Assembly (NCBI GenBank): GCA_028534125.1
Contig: CM052832.1
Span: 11,782,001 to 11,846,000 of the forward strand
DNA from: Lama glama
Lineage: Eukaryota
DNA: 64,000 nucleotides
Reading direction: 5' to 3'
The position numbers and the translations under genes are program-made. Positions 11,131 to 23,305 of this stretch are shown here, piece after piece. The stretch's first letter is position 1. The number at the start of each line of letters is the position of its first letter. The notes under the pieces were generated by a model that did no database searches, was not told where the DNA came from, and saw only the letters and a list, made by a program, of their open reading frames with translations.

Positions 11131-13222
11131 GAAAAGTTGGTCAATCTAATCAGAGTAGCTGATTAAAGGACTTTTATAAATGATTCTTATAAAGCTATAG
11201 TTTCATGAAACCGAGAGTGCCTAGTAGGAAAGGATGATTTTATGACCCAAAATGCTAACTACAGGGAGTCGGAAACATTGTAGAAGTCTGCCTGGGAGCA
11301 ACTGTGGGGCAATGCCCATCCCTACTTTATGTGTGGCGTCACTTGAGATGACTCCATCAGCATGTGATTATGCTGACCTCCGTTTTAAAAACTGGAGTTC
11401 CTATTATTTAGCAGTAAACATTTTGTGTGTCTGGTAGTCAACAGTGTATATGACCACAATAATAAAATCCAATTCTCCCTTCTAAGTCACTCCATAAAAA
11501 TGTCATTTTCATCATTCAACATTAAGCCTGCATCCACATGGGGCATCAGACACCGTGCAACCAAGTAGAGTACTTGGAATGAAACTGACCCTATTTTATG
11601 ATATTGTAAAGTTCATCAGTGATCTATGATTCTACAAGGTCATAATGCACAAGACATGAATCCTTGTCTTAACCATCCATCTGCACAAATCAAAAAACTG
11701 GATTTTTCTATAATATTTTAAGTTCCAAACAAGTTAGAAACTTGACCTCACTCCATATGACACTCAGGACAAAGCCACGGGTGCCAGGTGAGGGATAAGG
11801 ACTCTCTCACATAACACGCCTGTGACAAAGACGGTAGTCACTGGTGGAGAGCCCTGAAAAGCTCTAGTGCAATTAAGGGGACCATCTTCTCTCTTCTCCC
11901 TACTAGGGAAAAGGCATGATGCTGTCTTGCTGACTTCAACAGCAAGCCTCATAATGTTTAGGAAGCACATGCCAGTAGGCGGAATCTAGAATAGCCACTA
12001 CCTTGAGCTATTAAGAAAGGAAAATGTTAAACAAATAATTTGAGGCCTAAGAGTGAAGGGTAGAAAACTTTCATGCACCATTCCCACTCAGAACATGGAG
12101 AAGACATATTTTTTTCAAGTCTTGATAGCTTTGCTTTGGCTTCCTAAAAAGAACATGATTTTGCAGAATTCAAACTGCAGTGAATCCTATGAATTGTTCA
12201 TTACTGAATCTAAAAAAGGAATGACCACCTTTCTTGTAGACATAGCAAGTCTAATGGAATCAAAATCTGTTTTCTGAAGCCTATATAATTTTAAAAGACT
12301 ACTGATAAACTTTTCTTTATAAAAACCTGGAAAGCAGTACTTTTGTCTTGGTACCCATTTAATTTTAATAATTCTTAAACCAAGTTTCAATCATCAGTGG
12401 TGGGAAAAGTGATTCAGACGTTCATATCTGACTCTGAAGTGAGAAACAAAAAGTTGGGGAAAGTCCTCAAACAAAATAACCTCCTATTCTTCGCGAGATT
12501 TAACCACCCACGTGAAAAATGGGCAATTTGACTATTCAAACATTTGAGTGACTTGTGGTCTAAGTAAGGTGCTTTGAAAATGTTTTTCCCCCCTTCCAAC
12601 TCATACAGTGTAAATGAGTTCTTAAGACACTTGTCAATCTTGTTCTTTTTTTAAAAAATGCACTTTTAAGCTAGGGTTATACTTTGGAAACTCGGGTCTA
12701 AAACAACACTTGTTATGTCTTGATTTCTGTAACGGTTGTGACCCAACAGTTCGGCAGGCCAGTTACTGCTGTTTGAGCCGTGCAATCAGTTGGCTTGAAG
12801 AAAGCCTTAGAGTGCTTTCAGTATCAACTCAAACAAGGTCTTGGAAGAGATGAAAGAAAGAACTAATCAGGAAGGTCGCTCTTCTTGATTTTAAGTTGTA
12901 TTCTGTAATGATGGTCCTATAGGCAGCTTTTTTTTTCCCTTAATAAATGAACTAGTCCTTATGTAATGGGGCTTAGGTTGGACAGTATTTCCTGTCTTAT
13001 CAGCTAATAAGCCTCTCACTAGCATCCTGGACGATGAGGAGAAATGATGTTCCTGCCATAAGTTTATGACAGGCAGTTTTTCCCTCAAATGAGAGGCAAA
13101 TGGAGCTCATTGGTAAGTTAAATAAAAGGTCAGAAATCATTAAACAAAGATGGGGTTGATGCATCCGGTTGAATAAAAATGCACCGGGCACCTTTCCCAA
13201 TGCTTTGCTTGATGCTGTAAGG

Positions 13223-13610
13223 CAGGGATCTTAAACCTGGCTGAAAATGAGAAATATCTGGGAAGACTTTAAAACTCCCGATTCCCAGGCCATAGTCCAG
13301 GACAATAAAATCAGAATCTCTAGGGGTGGGACCTAGGCATCAGTCCTGTTTTAAGGCAGGCTTCTTAAACGTTACTGTTTTTAGGTATCACTTGGGCAAG
13401 GAGCGTTTAGCAAAACACTGGTTCTGATTTGGTAGGTAGGTCAAGGGAGGGGCCTGAGGATTTGCATTTCTATCAAGCTCCCAAGAGATGTCGCTGCTGC
13501 TGGCTGGTGGACCACACACCAGGTAGCAATGGTCTAAGGTTCTGCTATGACTGGTCTATATTAAAAGCTCCCCAGGTGATTCTCTGTGCACACAGGGCTG
13601 AAAGCCTCTG
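13223..13610. mobile_element. hAT-Charlie MER5-type elements, one apparently nested in another
   Basis: aaatcagaatctctaggggtgggacctaggcatcagt ... aaagctccccaggtgattct is split by a second copy (ttctgatttggtaggt...tttgcatttctatcaagctccc...ggaccacac). Confidence 0.65.
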
Positions 13611-13898
13611 CTCTGTAAAAAGGTCCGGATGACAGGCTATGGAGAGATCACTGACCCACATCTGTTTTCAAAACAAATCTTGACAAGTAAAAAGAGAAAT
13701 GCCCTGTGATGTAAGCCAAATATTAGCAAGGCTGTCAGTAATTCAAGCTGACTCTTTCCAGAGTCCCCTGAGACGCGTGTGTTCTCTGAGATGTCACTAA
13801 TCCAGGACACGACTGGCTCTGGGAAAACCTGAGTACAAGCGGGAGAGCCGGGGGCTGATTCTTTCCAGGTTGGGATCAGCTAACCCCGCCACGTCCCA

Positions 13899-14398
13899 NN
13901 NNNNNNNNNNNNNNNNNNNNNNNNNNNNNNNNNNNNNNNNNNNNNNNNNNNNNNNNNNNNNNNNNNNNNNNNNNNNNNNNNNNNNNNNNNNNNNNNNNNN
14001 NNNNNNNNNNNNNNNNNNNNNNNNNNNNNNNNNNNNNNNNNNNNNNNNNNNNNNNNNNNNNNNNNNNNNNNNNNNNNNNNNNNNNNNNNNNNNNNNNNNN
14101 NNNNNNNNNNNNNNNNNNNNNNNNNNNNNNNNNNNNNNNNNNNNNNNNNNNNNNNNNNNNNNNNNNNNNNNNNNNNNNNNNNNNNNNNNNNNNNNNNNNN
14201 NNNNNNNNNNNNNNNNNNNNNNNNNNNNNNNNNNNNNNNNNNNNNNNNNNNNNNNNNNNNNNNNNNNNNNNNNNNNNNNNNNNNNNNNNNNNNNNNNNNN
14301 NNNNNNNNNNNNNNNNNNNNNNNNNNNNNNNNNNNNNNNNNNNNNNNNNNNNNNNNNNNNNNNNNNNNNNNNNNNNNNNNNNNNNNNNNNNNNNNNNN
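13899..14398. other. Assembly gap (exactly 500 N)
   Basis: N run; flanking exons 18 and 19 join in phase with continuous protein (NPQ-G-FLT), so no coding exon is missing. Confidence 0.99.
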
Positions 14399-16429
14399 TT
14401 GTAAGAATACAGAACAAATGGTCACAGGTGAAAAGAACATTTTCGAGTGTTTTATAGTTTAGGTGATTTTGGCTACACGTTTGTGACAAAACTATGGCCT
14501 CTTTGCAAACTGTACTGTCTTACTTAAACATGGTTTTTTAATTTAAGAAATCTACTTAAATGTTTTTGAGCCCCCAAAATTACTTCACTGAAGGGGACTG
14601 GGTTAGAAGATACAAAGCCCAGAAGATAGATTCATGCTGAGAAATCAAGTGCTGATGTCAAATGGGCACCAGGGAGGCTTCCAACTGGAAAGGACTTTAT
14701 CCGCTCGCACACCGCCTGTGAACATGCATGGGGGTGCTGGAATCTTGATGTTTTCCAGATTTGGCCAGGTGATATGGAACAGAAAGTAATTCGCCTCTCA
14801 CATCGAGAGAAGGAAAAGGAAGCAGAGAGGTTAGATTAGTATGCAGGGAAAGTTGCCCTCCACTCTTCTGTGCTGCAAACGGAAAGCAATCATAGATAAG
14901 AGTGTGAGCCTGTTTGCATGCGTATAAAGATGACATGCTTGAGTCAGTCCAGGGCCTTTCAGGACAGGGAGAGCCGTGAGAGAAAGAACCGGGGTTCAAC
15001 TGAAAACAGAAATGAAGGAAAGAGAAAGGATTAGTATTATTCACTAGTAAAGAAAGTAAGAAAACTGAAGTGTACATCTGTATTTCTAGTTCTTTAATTG
15101 CTTTTCTGGTTTGTAATCTTTTCTTAACAAATAAGAACAATTAAAAATTAGCTTATATTAACATTTTGATATTTTAAGTTAAAAAAAAAAAAGCCATCAC
15201 TGAAAGAGATTGTGTGCTGTGATACAGAACTCATTCATGTGTCTCTACAGAAAGCCAGGGATGAACCAACCCCACTTCCTTGGTTTCTAAATTTCAAAAA
15301 TACACTTAACGGTCTCATGCTTTTTAAAATCACTGATCCTCACCCCTCCCCCGAACGCCAAGTCTGCAAACACACCTCTCCACCTGGATGTCCCAGCAGC
15401 ACAAGCCGGCAGGTCCGGGCTCCTCGCCTCTCCTCCCAGCCTGCCCCTCTTCCAGTGCTCCCGTCCCTGGTGCTGCCGTCAGCCTCAGTCCCTGCCACTG
15501 CCCGCTCTGGCCCCTCCTCTGCACCTGGGTAAGGCCCCCGGCTCTCTCCCTGGGACCTGGAAAGGGTCTCATTGCTCTGGATGCCCTTGTTCCAGTCGAC
15601 CCTCTGCATCCTCCTGCGGTTATCTTCTGATCTTTGGTGATCTGGGCCCGTCGCCTTTATGGTGCAGCCCAAATTCGCCTGGAAGGCTTCATTCCCCAGC
15701 CTTGCTCCCCACCACCTTGCTCCTGCTTCCTGGTCTTCTTTCCCTGGAGATGCCTTGTCTTTGCTCAGGCCTCTACCTGGAATGCTCTTATCTCCAGTCC
15801 CTGCCTCTGCAAATCCAACTTACTGCTTCCCATGTGAAGCTCTTTTCAAGCCCTGCCTCGGCAAAATTGATCCCTCTGTCCTCTGCGCTAGTGTGGTGCT
15901 TAGTTCTCACTTGGTGGAGCACTTACCACATTAGGTTAGAGTTGCTAATGTGTCTGTCCTACCAACCAGATTATAGGCTCCTTTAGGGCAGGAATCGGGT
16001 GCCAACTCTCTCTCTATTGAAAGCATCTAGCAGAGCGGCTGGCAGATGAAAGGTGGTTGGCAATCCTAATCAGGTTAAATGTTATTTCTTCAGGCTCCCA
16101 AGCCAGGAATTACCTGGTGACAACCCACTCAAATTGAGGGCTGGTAAGGAGGAAGGAGACTCATAAGAAGACACACAAAATCTGAGAACTGTAATAAAAA
16201 AATCTTCCTCCCCAAATTCAATGGAAATTCTAGGAGAAAAGTAGATAAGTGAAATCTGGGGGCTGTCCTTTACAAATCTAATGTCTATTGGCATAGTAAG
16301 ATGCCATGTATAATTTGTTAAGCTCATAAAAACCACCATGGGTAGTGTTTTAAAATTTAGAAAATGTTAAGGCATTTGAAAATGCATGAAGTGAATGAAT
16401 GTATGTATACAGAGGACAAATAAATGTAT

Positions 16430-16780
16430 ACTATTTATTTAAGTATTATTCATGTAAAGAAAAGTGCACAAATCATAAGTTTACAGCTCGATGAATTTTC
16501 ACCAAAGGAATACAGCCATGCAATCAATATCTAGATCAAGAAGCAGAACATCCCCATACCCCCCAAAGCCCCCTTGTGCCCTTTTGCAATCACTACCTTC
16601 TTCCACAAGGGTAACCACTATTCTGACTTTTAACCCTGTGACTCTGCTTTGCCTGTTTTGATTCTTTGTGTAAATGGAATCACACAATAGATATACATTA
16701 CAATGTGTTCTGTTTGACTTTTCCCACTTAATATTACTTTATGAGATTCAAACATATTGCTGCAAATAGCAGTAACACAC
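16430..16780 (-). mobile_element. Ancient L1M 3' fragment
   Basis: gtgcacaaatcataagt, ggtaaccactattctgacttt, aaatggaatcacaca, tgagattca motifs. Confidence 0.7.
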
Positions 16781-17497
16781 CTTAATCTGTAAGTGTGAAT
16801 GCTTCCTAAATCGTATCACTGATGGAGCTGTGAGGGGCTCAACTGTCAGGAACCCATCATCTCTTCATTGTGGCCAGGAATTACTTGAAGTCAAACTATG
16901 CATGTTGTGGTAAGACAAAAAACTGTCCTGTTTCTGAACTTCATGAACCCTGTAACTTATTCAGTAAATATTTCTAGAATGAAGAGATAAAGGCAATGGA
17001 ATCACAAGGCACTTTTTCAGGGGAGGAAAAAAAAAAACTGAGCAGGGACAGACTCTGGAATTTCATGGAATTAAACTTTTGCCACATGATCATTTTTGAA
17101 ATCAGTCTAATCTTCTGAACTTTAGGAACATTTTGGCATATTTCAGTGCTTCATTTTTGTCATTTTCATAAACATTTAAAGACTAAGGTTTGAACGAAAC
17201 ATTTTTACTATTTCACATTGTCCTAACCACAGACTGATAGGTCGCTGAGCGGGTGAGAAGAAAAACAGAAGAGGTTTTGTGCCTTATCGTGGAAGTGCTA
17301 TGGCAGAAAGAATTTCAGAACAAATTTGTAAAACAAATACAGAAGGATCATCCGTGGTCTCTAGTCCTGAAAGCATGTGTTCAGCGTGCAGCAGGCTGTA
17401 CCTCTATGTTATTTTATATAACATACATTTATCACACAGGGCTACTATACAACCACCCACATCTTCCAAGTTTGCCTAATATCCCACAAGCACATAC

Positions 17498-17687
17498 CTT
17501 GGGGATTAAAGAAACCAGTCATCCAAAACACATTGGGCCTCCCTTCAAATATCCAGGTGGAAAATTGAGCATTTCTTTCCAAAAGTTCAGTAAACCAGAA
17601 GCCCAGTGTGGATGAATCCCAGGACACTCTTTTCCAGATCTGGGGTATACGAGCATCATACATGTTATCCAGAGCATCTCTCAAGTT
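17498..17687 (-). CDS. DNAH8: DNAH8 coding exon 18/20
   Basis: ttccag|AAC ... G|gtatgt; 190 nt; [15 protein letters not shown]...[15 protein letters not shown](G); preceded by a 91-nt intron. Confidence 0.95.
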
Positions 17688-17778
17688 CTGGAAAAACCAA
17701 AAGGTACAGTTAAAATCTAAGAATAAGAAAAAAAATCAAAAAAAGAGGGAAATGACTACTGAGATAATAACAGCTCAC

Positions 17779-17931
17779 CTCACTCATAATGATCGTTCCT
17801 TCAATGGCCAATTTTAGATCACTCAGGCTGCTGCGAAGTATTGAGATGACTTTTTGCATCCTGTCAATTTCTTGTCTAAGAAATATGTTCATTGAGTTCA
17901 GATGCCCCATCTTTATCAAACGAGCTTTCAC
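17779..17931 (-). CDS. DNAH8: DNAH8 coding exon 17/20
   Basis: ctttag|GTG ... GAG|gtgagc; 153 nt; [26 protein letters not shown]...[10 protein letters not shown]. Confidence 0.95.
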
Positions 17932-20587
17932 CTAAAGCAAAGCATACAGTATGAGGAGATTTTTTAAAAAATCATCTGTCACTTCTCTTCCAATGACCTC
18001 TCCCTTCTCTATTCTTTTTCTTCCTCTGGATGTATCTCTGCAAGCCCAAATGAACTCTAAAATATCTCTTGCAGAACCAAATTTGCCATTAAATTCCCCA
18101 TTTGCTGGGCTTCAAAAACTACTGTTCAACTAAAATGATTTTTATTTCCTACTGATTGTACTTAGTTGATAATTCGAAATGTACTTTGAAAAGCTGAAAT
18201 AAAATTGTATGTACCTTTTTCCCCCCCGTTCAGATGATTAAGCACTAAGTGTCAGTTAAATATCCTTTTGCAGTCTAACCCTCATCAGAGTACAGCTTGG
18301 AAGACTTCTTTTCCCATAGTGCTTGCAGAGTCGCTGTCAGAAATGTCACAGAAAGTTAATACAGCCGAAATCTTTACAGATCAGTTACCAATAAATATGA
18401 TTGGCTGCACTTTCCTAAGATCACTGTTGCCCTGGCTAGGGTGACTTAAGGAGAGCCTTCCCTAATCTAATCAATGGAAATATTTGACTTTGTGGGAGAG
18501 CCATTAAGCACCTGTCATTTGTTCCTTTTAATACATAATTTATTGACCATTTGGAAGAAATCGATATAAAAGCATCTGGTTGTGAGAACAATAAAATATA
18601 ACAATTATTGGGAAATAAGCCAATACATACACACAATTCAATTTAGTGACATATGCCCAGGAAAAGATTGACTACAAATACTGGCAAGAACTCATAAAGA
18701 GATTTGAACTTTCTGCTGGTCACAGTCGAAGAGATGCCAGAATAGAAGGGGTCAGGATAGACACATGGAGTGGAAGAAAATTCAGAGTGAGGTAGCAGTC
18801 CACAGAATCCCCAGAAAGCCAGTAAATGGTAGCATTCCCTGCCGGAGACACCCACTGCCCCTTCTTGAGTCCTGGGATGTTAGAGACAGATGGGCTTCTG
18901 GCTCATCCGGACCATCCTCCTCGTTTGACATAACAGGTTTCCTGGCACGCTGCAGTGGATGCCTCCAGTGAGTGAGGGATGAGAGGAAAGCAGTGGTATA
19001 AAACTGAACACCTGGAGAGCATGACCTGTGCAGGTAGAGCAAGTGATATTGAAACCTGAGTCAAACATGCCAGTGGAGGTCCCCATCCCATTCCGCACAC
19101 CAACCTTCAGGTATTTGCCTAAATTCCTGGTTCTAGAACTTCTATTTTTTGCAGGCTCCACTGCCCTGTTCTCATCTCAAGCCCTTCATCCTCCAGTGGC
19201 TAGATGGCATATATCTCATTCCCTTTAAATCATGACTACTCTGGAAATTCATACCTTAAGGAAAAGGGAAATTATGGAAATACTTTTGTAACATCCACAA
19301 GTGAGACATTAAGCCCACACACTGGCTATAATATCAAATCAGTAGACAGGTAGCTTTCAGTATGCTAACAGCCCCAAACAAATCACCTTGCCCTACCTAG
19401 GGTTTTAAAAGAGAGACTTTCCTTGCAAAAGATACATGCTTAGGAAAAAATTAAGACTCTAGAAAATCTAATTTTAGTACTGATTTTATTTTGAGTATGA
19501 TTATTATTCCAGCCTAAAATCATCTTTTTATTAATAAGTGAAAGCTCTGCTGTAGTCTTACACAGAATTTTTATTACGTTTCTGAAACCAAGTAGTCTTT
19601 TCTACAGTTATGCAGCTCTGCTTTGAAGTACAATTATATTTCAATTATTAAAATTCACTTTACAGACACATTTTTAAGAACACATCTCTTCTGTAAAATA
19701 AAAGACACCAAAGAGTAAGTGATCTTGGAAGAGGAAATTCTTTGAGATGTCTCCCAGGACGAACTCCCTTCCATCTACCAATCCACTTAGTGACGTCCCT
19801 CACACTCAGTCCCTGCTGGGATGTTGCTAGAACAGAGGTCTAGGTGAAGTGGCCCCGACTAACTCTGAACAGCTCACATTATCCCAAGGTCTTGAAATCC
19901 TCCTCTAGTAATCCGAACCTGTGCTCTAGTCATAGACTAAATTTTATTTCACTTTCACATACCAATTTTTAAAATCTTTGAAGGCAGGTATTATGCCTCA
20001 TCTGTCTTCTGAAGACCATTTACAATGAATCATAGAAAGCATGTACTTTAATATTTATCCACTTAAAGAATATTTTTCTCCTCTTACTATAACTACCTCT
20101 ATGTGAAGTCACCGATTTCAGCATCTTGGCTAAACATCTTGGTAACCATCTACACAAAGGAAGCAATAATTGTTTTAAGAAGCAAGAAAACTTTTTTTTT
20201 TTTTATTGTTGGAGGCACTCACTGCAGGTACGGGGCGGTGCTGTAGCCCAGGCAGCCTAGGGGCTCCCAGCTGACAAGTGTATCCTTCCCAGACGTGGAG
20301 ACACAGGACAGGGTAGACACAGGACCATAGTTATACCTGCATCAGGGCATCAGCCTCTCACTTTTTGGTTGTAAAGCTAAACTTGCTCTAGCCAAGTCTA
20401 GGACTCAGATGAAGCACCGACTGTCAGCAGTGAGGGATGGAGGCCGAGAACAGAAGAGAGGAGGCCCTGGATGGCCAGAAGGGACAATCCTGTGTTCTTG
20501 CATGAAGGAGGCGGCCCAGTTGGAGGCTGTCTTACAGAACTTTTAGATGGTCCAGAAATTTTACCACAATTAAAGATTTATTTAGAT

Positions 20588-21085
20588 CAGCAGTTCTCAA
20601 AGTGTGGTCTGGGGCCCCTGAAAGTCCCTGAGCTCCTATTAGGGGGTCCACAAGGTTAAATTTTTTTCATAGTAATACTAAGACATAACTTGACTTTATA
20701 CTCTCCTTCTCTGAGGAGTGTACGGTGGAGTTCTCCAGAGGCTACGTGACCTTGGTATCACAACAGATCAAATGCAGGAACAGATATGAGGATCTAGCTG
20801 CCTTCTAGTAAACTGGATGTTAAAGAGATTTACAAAAATATAAAATAATCCCATTTTTTCCCTTTGAATATTTTGTTGTTGAAAGTATACTTATTTCAAA
20901 ATATGTTATGTTAACATGTAACGGGTTTGTTAATGATATTTTACAATAAATTAATATTTTTGAAAAATTTCAGTTTAAATTTCTAACATATTAAATACCA
21001 GTAGATACAATCCATATAAAGAAGTTATTTGGGATGCTCAATCATTTTGTAAAGGAGTCGAGATTAAAAAACTTTGAGAAAACTG
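20588..21085 (+). mobile_element. hAT-Charlie non-autonomous DNA transposon (Charlie1b-like), near full length
   Basis: Terminal inverted repeats CAGCAGTTCTCAAAG ... CTTTGAGAAAACTG; internal ttttcatagtaatactaagac and ctccagaggctacgtgac. Confidence 0.75.
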
Positions 21086-21553
21086 ATATTAACAAGCCAA
21101 CACCTGGAAGGTTCAAGCAGTAGAAAGCTATTGCCATCCAAACTGGAGAGTGAATTCACGTAAACAGCTCACTTTCTGTTACCTGGCTGAGAGGACTAAG
21201 AGAATGAAAAGGATGGAGGGCAAGAGACAAAAACAAGGCATCAATTTAAAGAACAGGCAAAGCAGGCTTGAGTAAGAGAGGTGGGGAGAGGTTTCCAGCC
21301 TGGAGACCCAAAGACAGAAGTATCCAAAGACAGGAAAAGGTCTTGAAAAGGCAATTGAGAGAGAAAGCAGAGAAGAAAGGAAAAGTGCAGATCATAATCT
21401 GCAAGACGCTTGAGCACAGGTGAAGAAGAGAAGACCAGAAAGTAAAAAAAGATTGAGCAGAGAGGAAGGGACTGGAACACACTGTCCCAGGACTGTGCTC
21501 AGCTCTGTGGAACACAAAGATGGCCCTGTGCAGCAGGGGGACTGGGGACTTAC

Positions 21554-21710
21554 CTCATGTGGAATGTAGTCAGGAGGCAGCTTGTTCAGCATATCTTCGG
21601 ATAACCTGTACACAATGGCTTCCCGGGTCTCTCCCATGCCCCCTCCGCTCTCTTTGGGTTGAATGTTGGTAATTGTTTCAAGAACAGCAGAAGCAGTGTT
21701 ACTCTGATAC
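21554..21710 (-). CDS. DNAH8: DNAH8 coding exon 16/20 (C-terminal domain)
   Basis: tgtcag|G ... GAG|gtaagt; 157 nt; [33 protein letters not shown]...PDYIPHE. Confidence 0.95.
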
Positions 21711-23029
21711 CTGACAGACAGAGCAACTGTTCAGAACTAGCAGGGAAATGCACCTTCAGAGATAATTATCAACACTAAGATGAAATGATGAATCACTTAA
21801 ATCAAATCCAGCCCAAAATAAATAAAAAATAAAAAGGAAACTTTACCAGCAACATACAGGAATGAAAAAACTATAGAGGTCTACTCCACTGCCTCCTGTT
21901 GGGACATCGAGAACACCACAGAAGTGAAAGCTCTCCATCTTCAGGGAGAGAGAGTCCACCAGTGTCCATAACATCCAAAGCAGTGCTGTCCAGCCTTGCT
22001 CAGAGCTAACCGAAACACTGCATGCTGGACAAGCCCGCCTCCTTTCATTCTCACCTGCTTCTGGACTGGTTGTAAGAAGCTACCATTAAATGATAATTTG
22101 TTAGATCAAAGAGTAGCACTCATATTTCTTCACTGAACTATAAATAATTGAAATTTATTTGATCTTTTCTATCTCATTTTTTCACCTTTTCACGTGTTTT
22201 ATGGTTTCCAAAGTGATCTGTTGGCATCTATCTACTCCACTTGTCTAGATGCAGCAACAGTTCTTTAAAATTCACATATTCAATAAAGATTTACTATGTA
22301 CCAGGCTCTGAGCTAGGTGCCAGTTACAGTTATGGTAGGTGACTTTCTCATGAATTCGTGTATCTACATTTTCATCGACTCCTGGGGCTGTGTCTTGAGT
22401 CAAACAAACCCCAAGTCTAGCTCATTGTTTTATTGCTCCTTTGCCCTCACCTGACCTGTTTCCGGCCCCATTTCCTTTAACGGCATCAATGTTCGGGCCC
22501 AGGTGCCCACCCTACAGATTCAGAGAGAGTGCCTCCTCCTGATGTCATAGTCCCCAGCACTTCTTGGTTTCCAAGTCATTTCTAGCATCTACCTAGAAAT
22601 TTCCGGCATCTTTATCCCCAGCACCTTCAGAATTGTCACAAACTCTTTCGCGTGATGCCCTGAATCTTTGAAAGCCAGTGCGCATTTGTATCAGTCTCCT
22701 GATCAGGTTAGCCCCACTTCAGGCCCCTCCCCCACCATGCTCTAGGCACATCAGACTCGGTTTCCATGACAAATCCCACCTTTTAATATCTTCATGCCAC
22801 TCCTTGAACTGTCCCTTCGTGGGTGTGCCCTAATGTGTGCCTTTTTTTCCCTCACCAAGCTGAAGGGTTTCATTTATTTAACTGTTTGTATTTAAGGTGT
22901 ACAACTCGATGATTGGATAGACATATACACACACATCCCTCCTGCTCACTGTCTTCCTCTTTCCGTGCACTCCGCCCTTCCTGCCCCTCTCCCCACACTG
23001 CAGTCACCCCCTCCCCACCTTCTCTCCAG

Positions 23030-23305
23030 CCTGAGAACTCCTGCACATCCTTTAAGGCACAGCTCAGATGTGGCTCGTCTCACTAGTTTACTCTGATCCC
23101 TAAATTGGAATTTATTGCCTCTTTGCCTTTGTCCTTACAGCAATGTGTATAACACCTCCTGATTTTAGAGTTTACCTTGTCGTACTGTACAACTACTTCC
23201 CTAATAGATGAGGAGCTCCGGGGGCCAGGACTACGTCTCCCTAATCTCTGTGTCCCCAAGCTGGCTGGAGACTACGTTCTCAATAAATACTTGTTTACTG
23301 AATTG
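23030..23305 (+). mobile_element. L2 3' end fragment
   Basis: tcctttaaggcacagctcagatgt ... ctctgtgtcccca ... ctcaataaatacttgtttactgaa. Confidence 0.65.

Noticed and set aside
13797..14489. Long poly-X ORFs here and at 43074-43783 and 63201-63941
   Set aside because: Artefacts of translating through N gaps.
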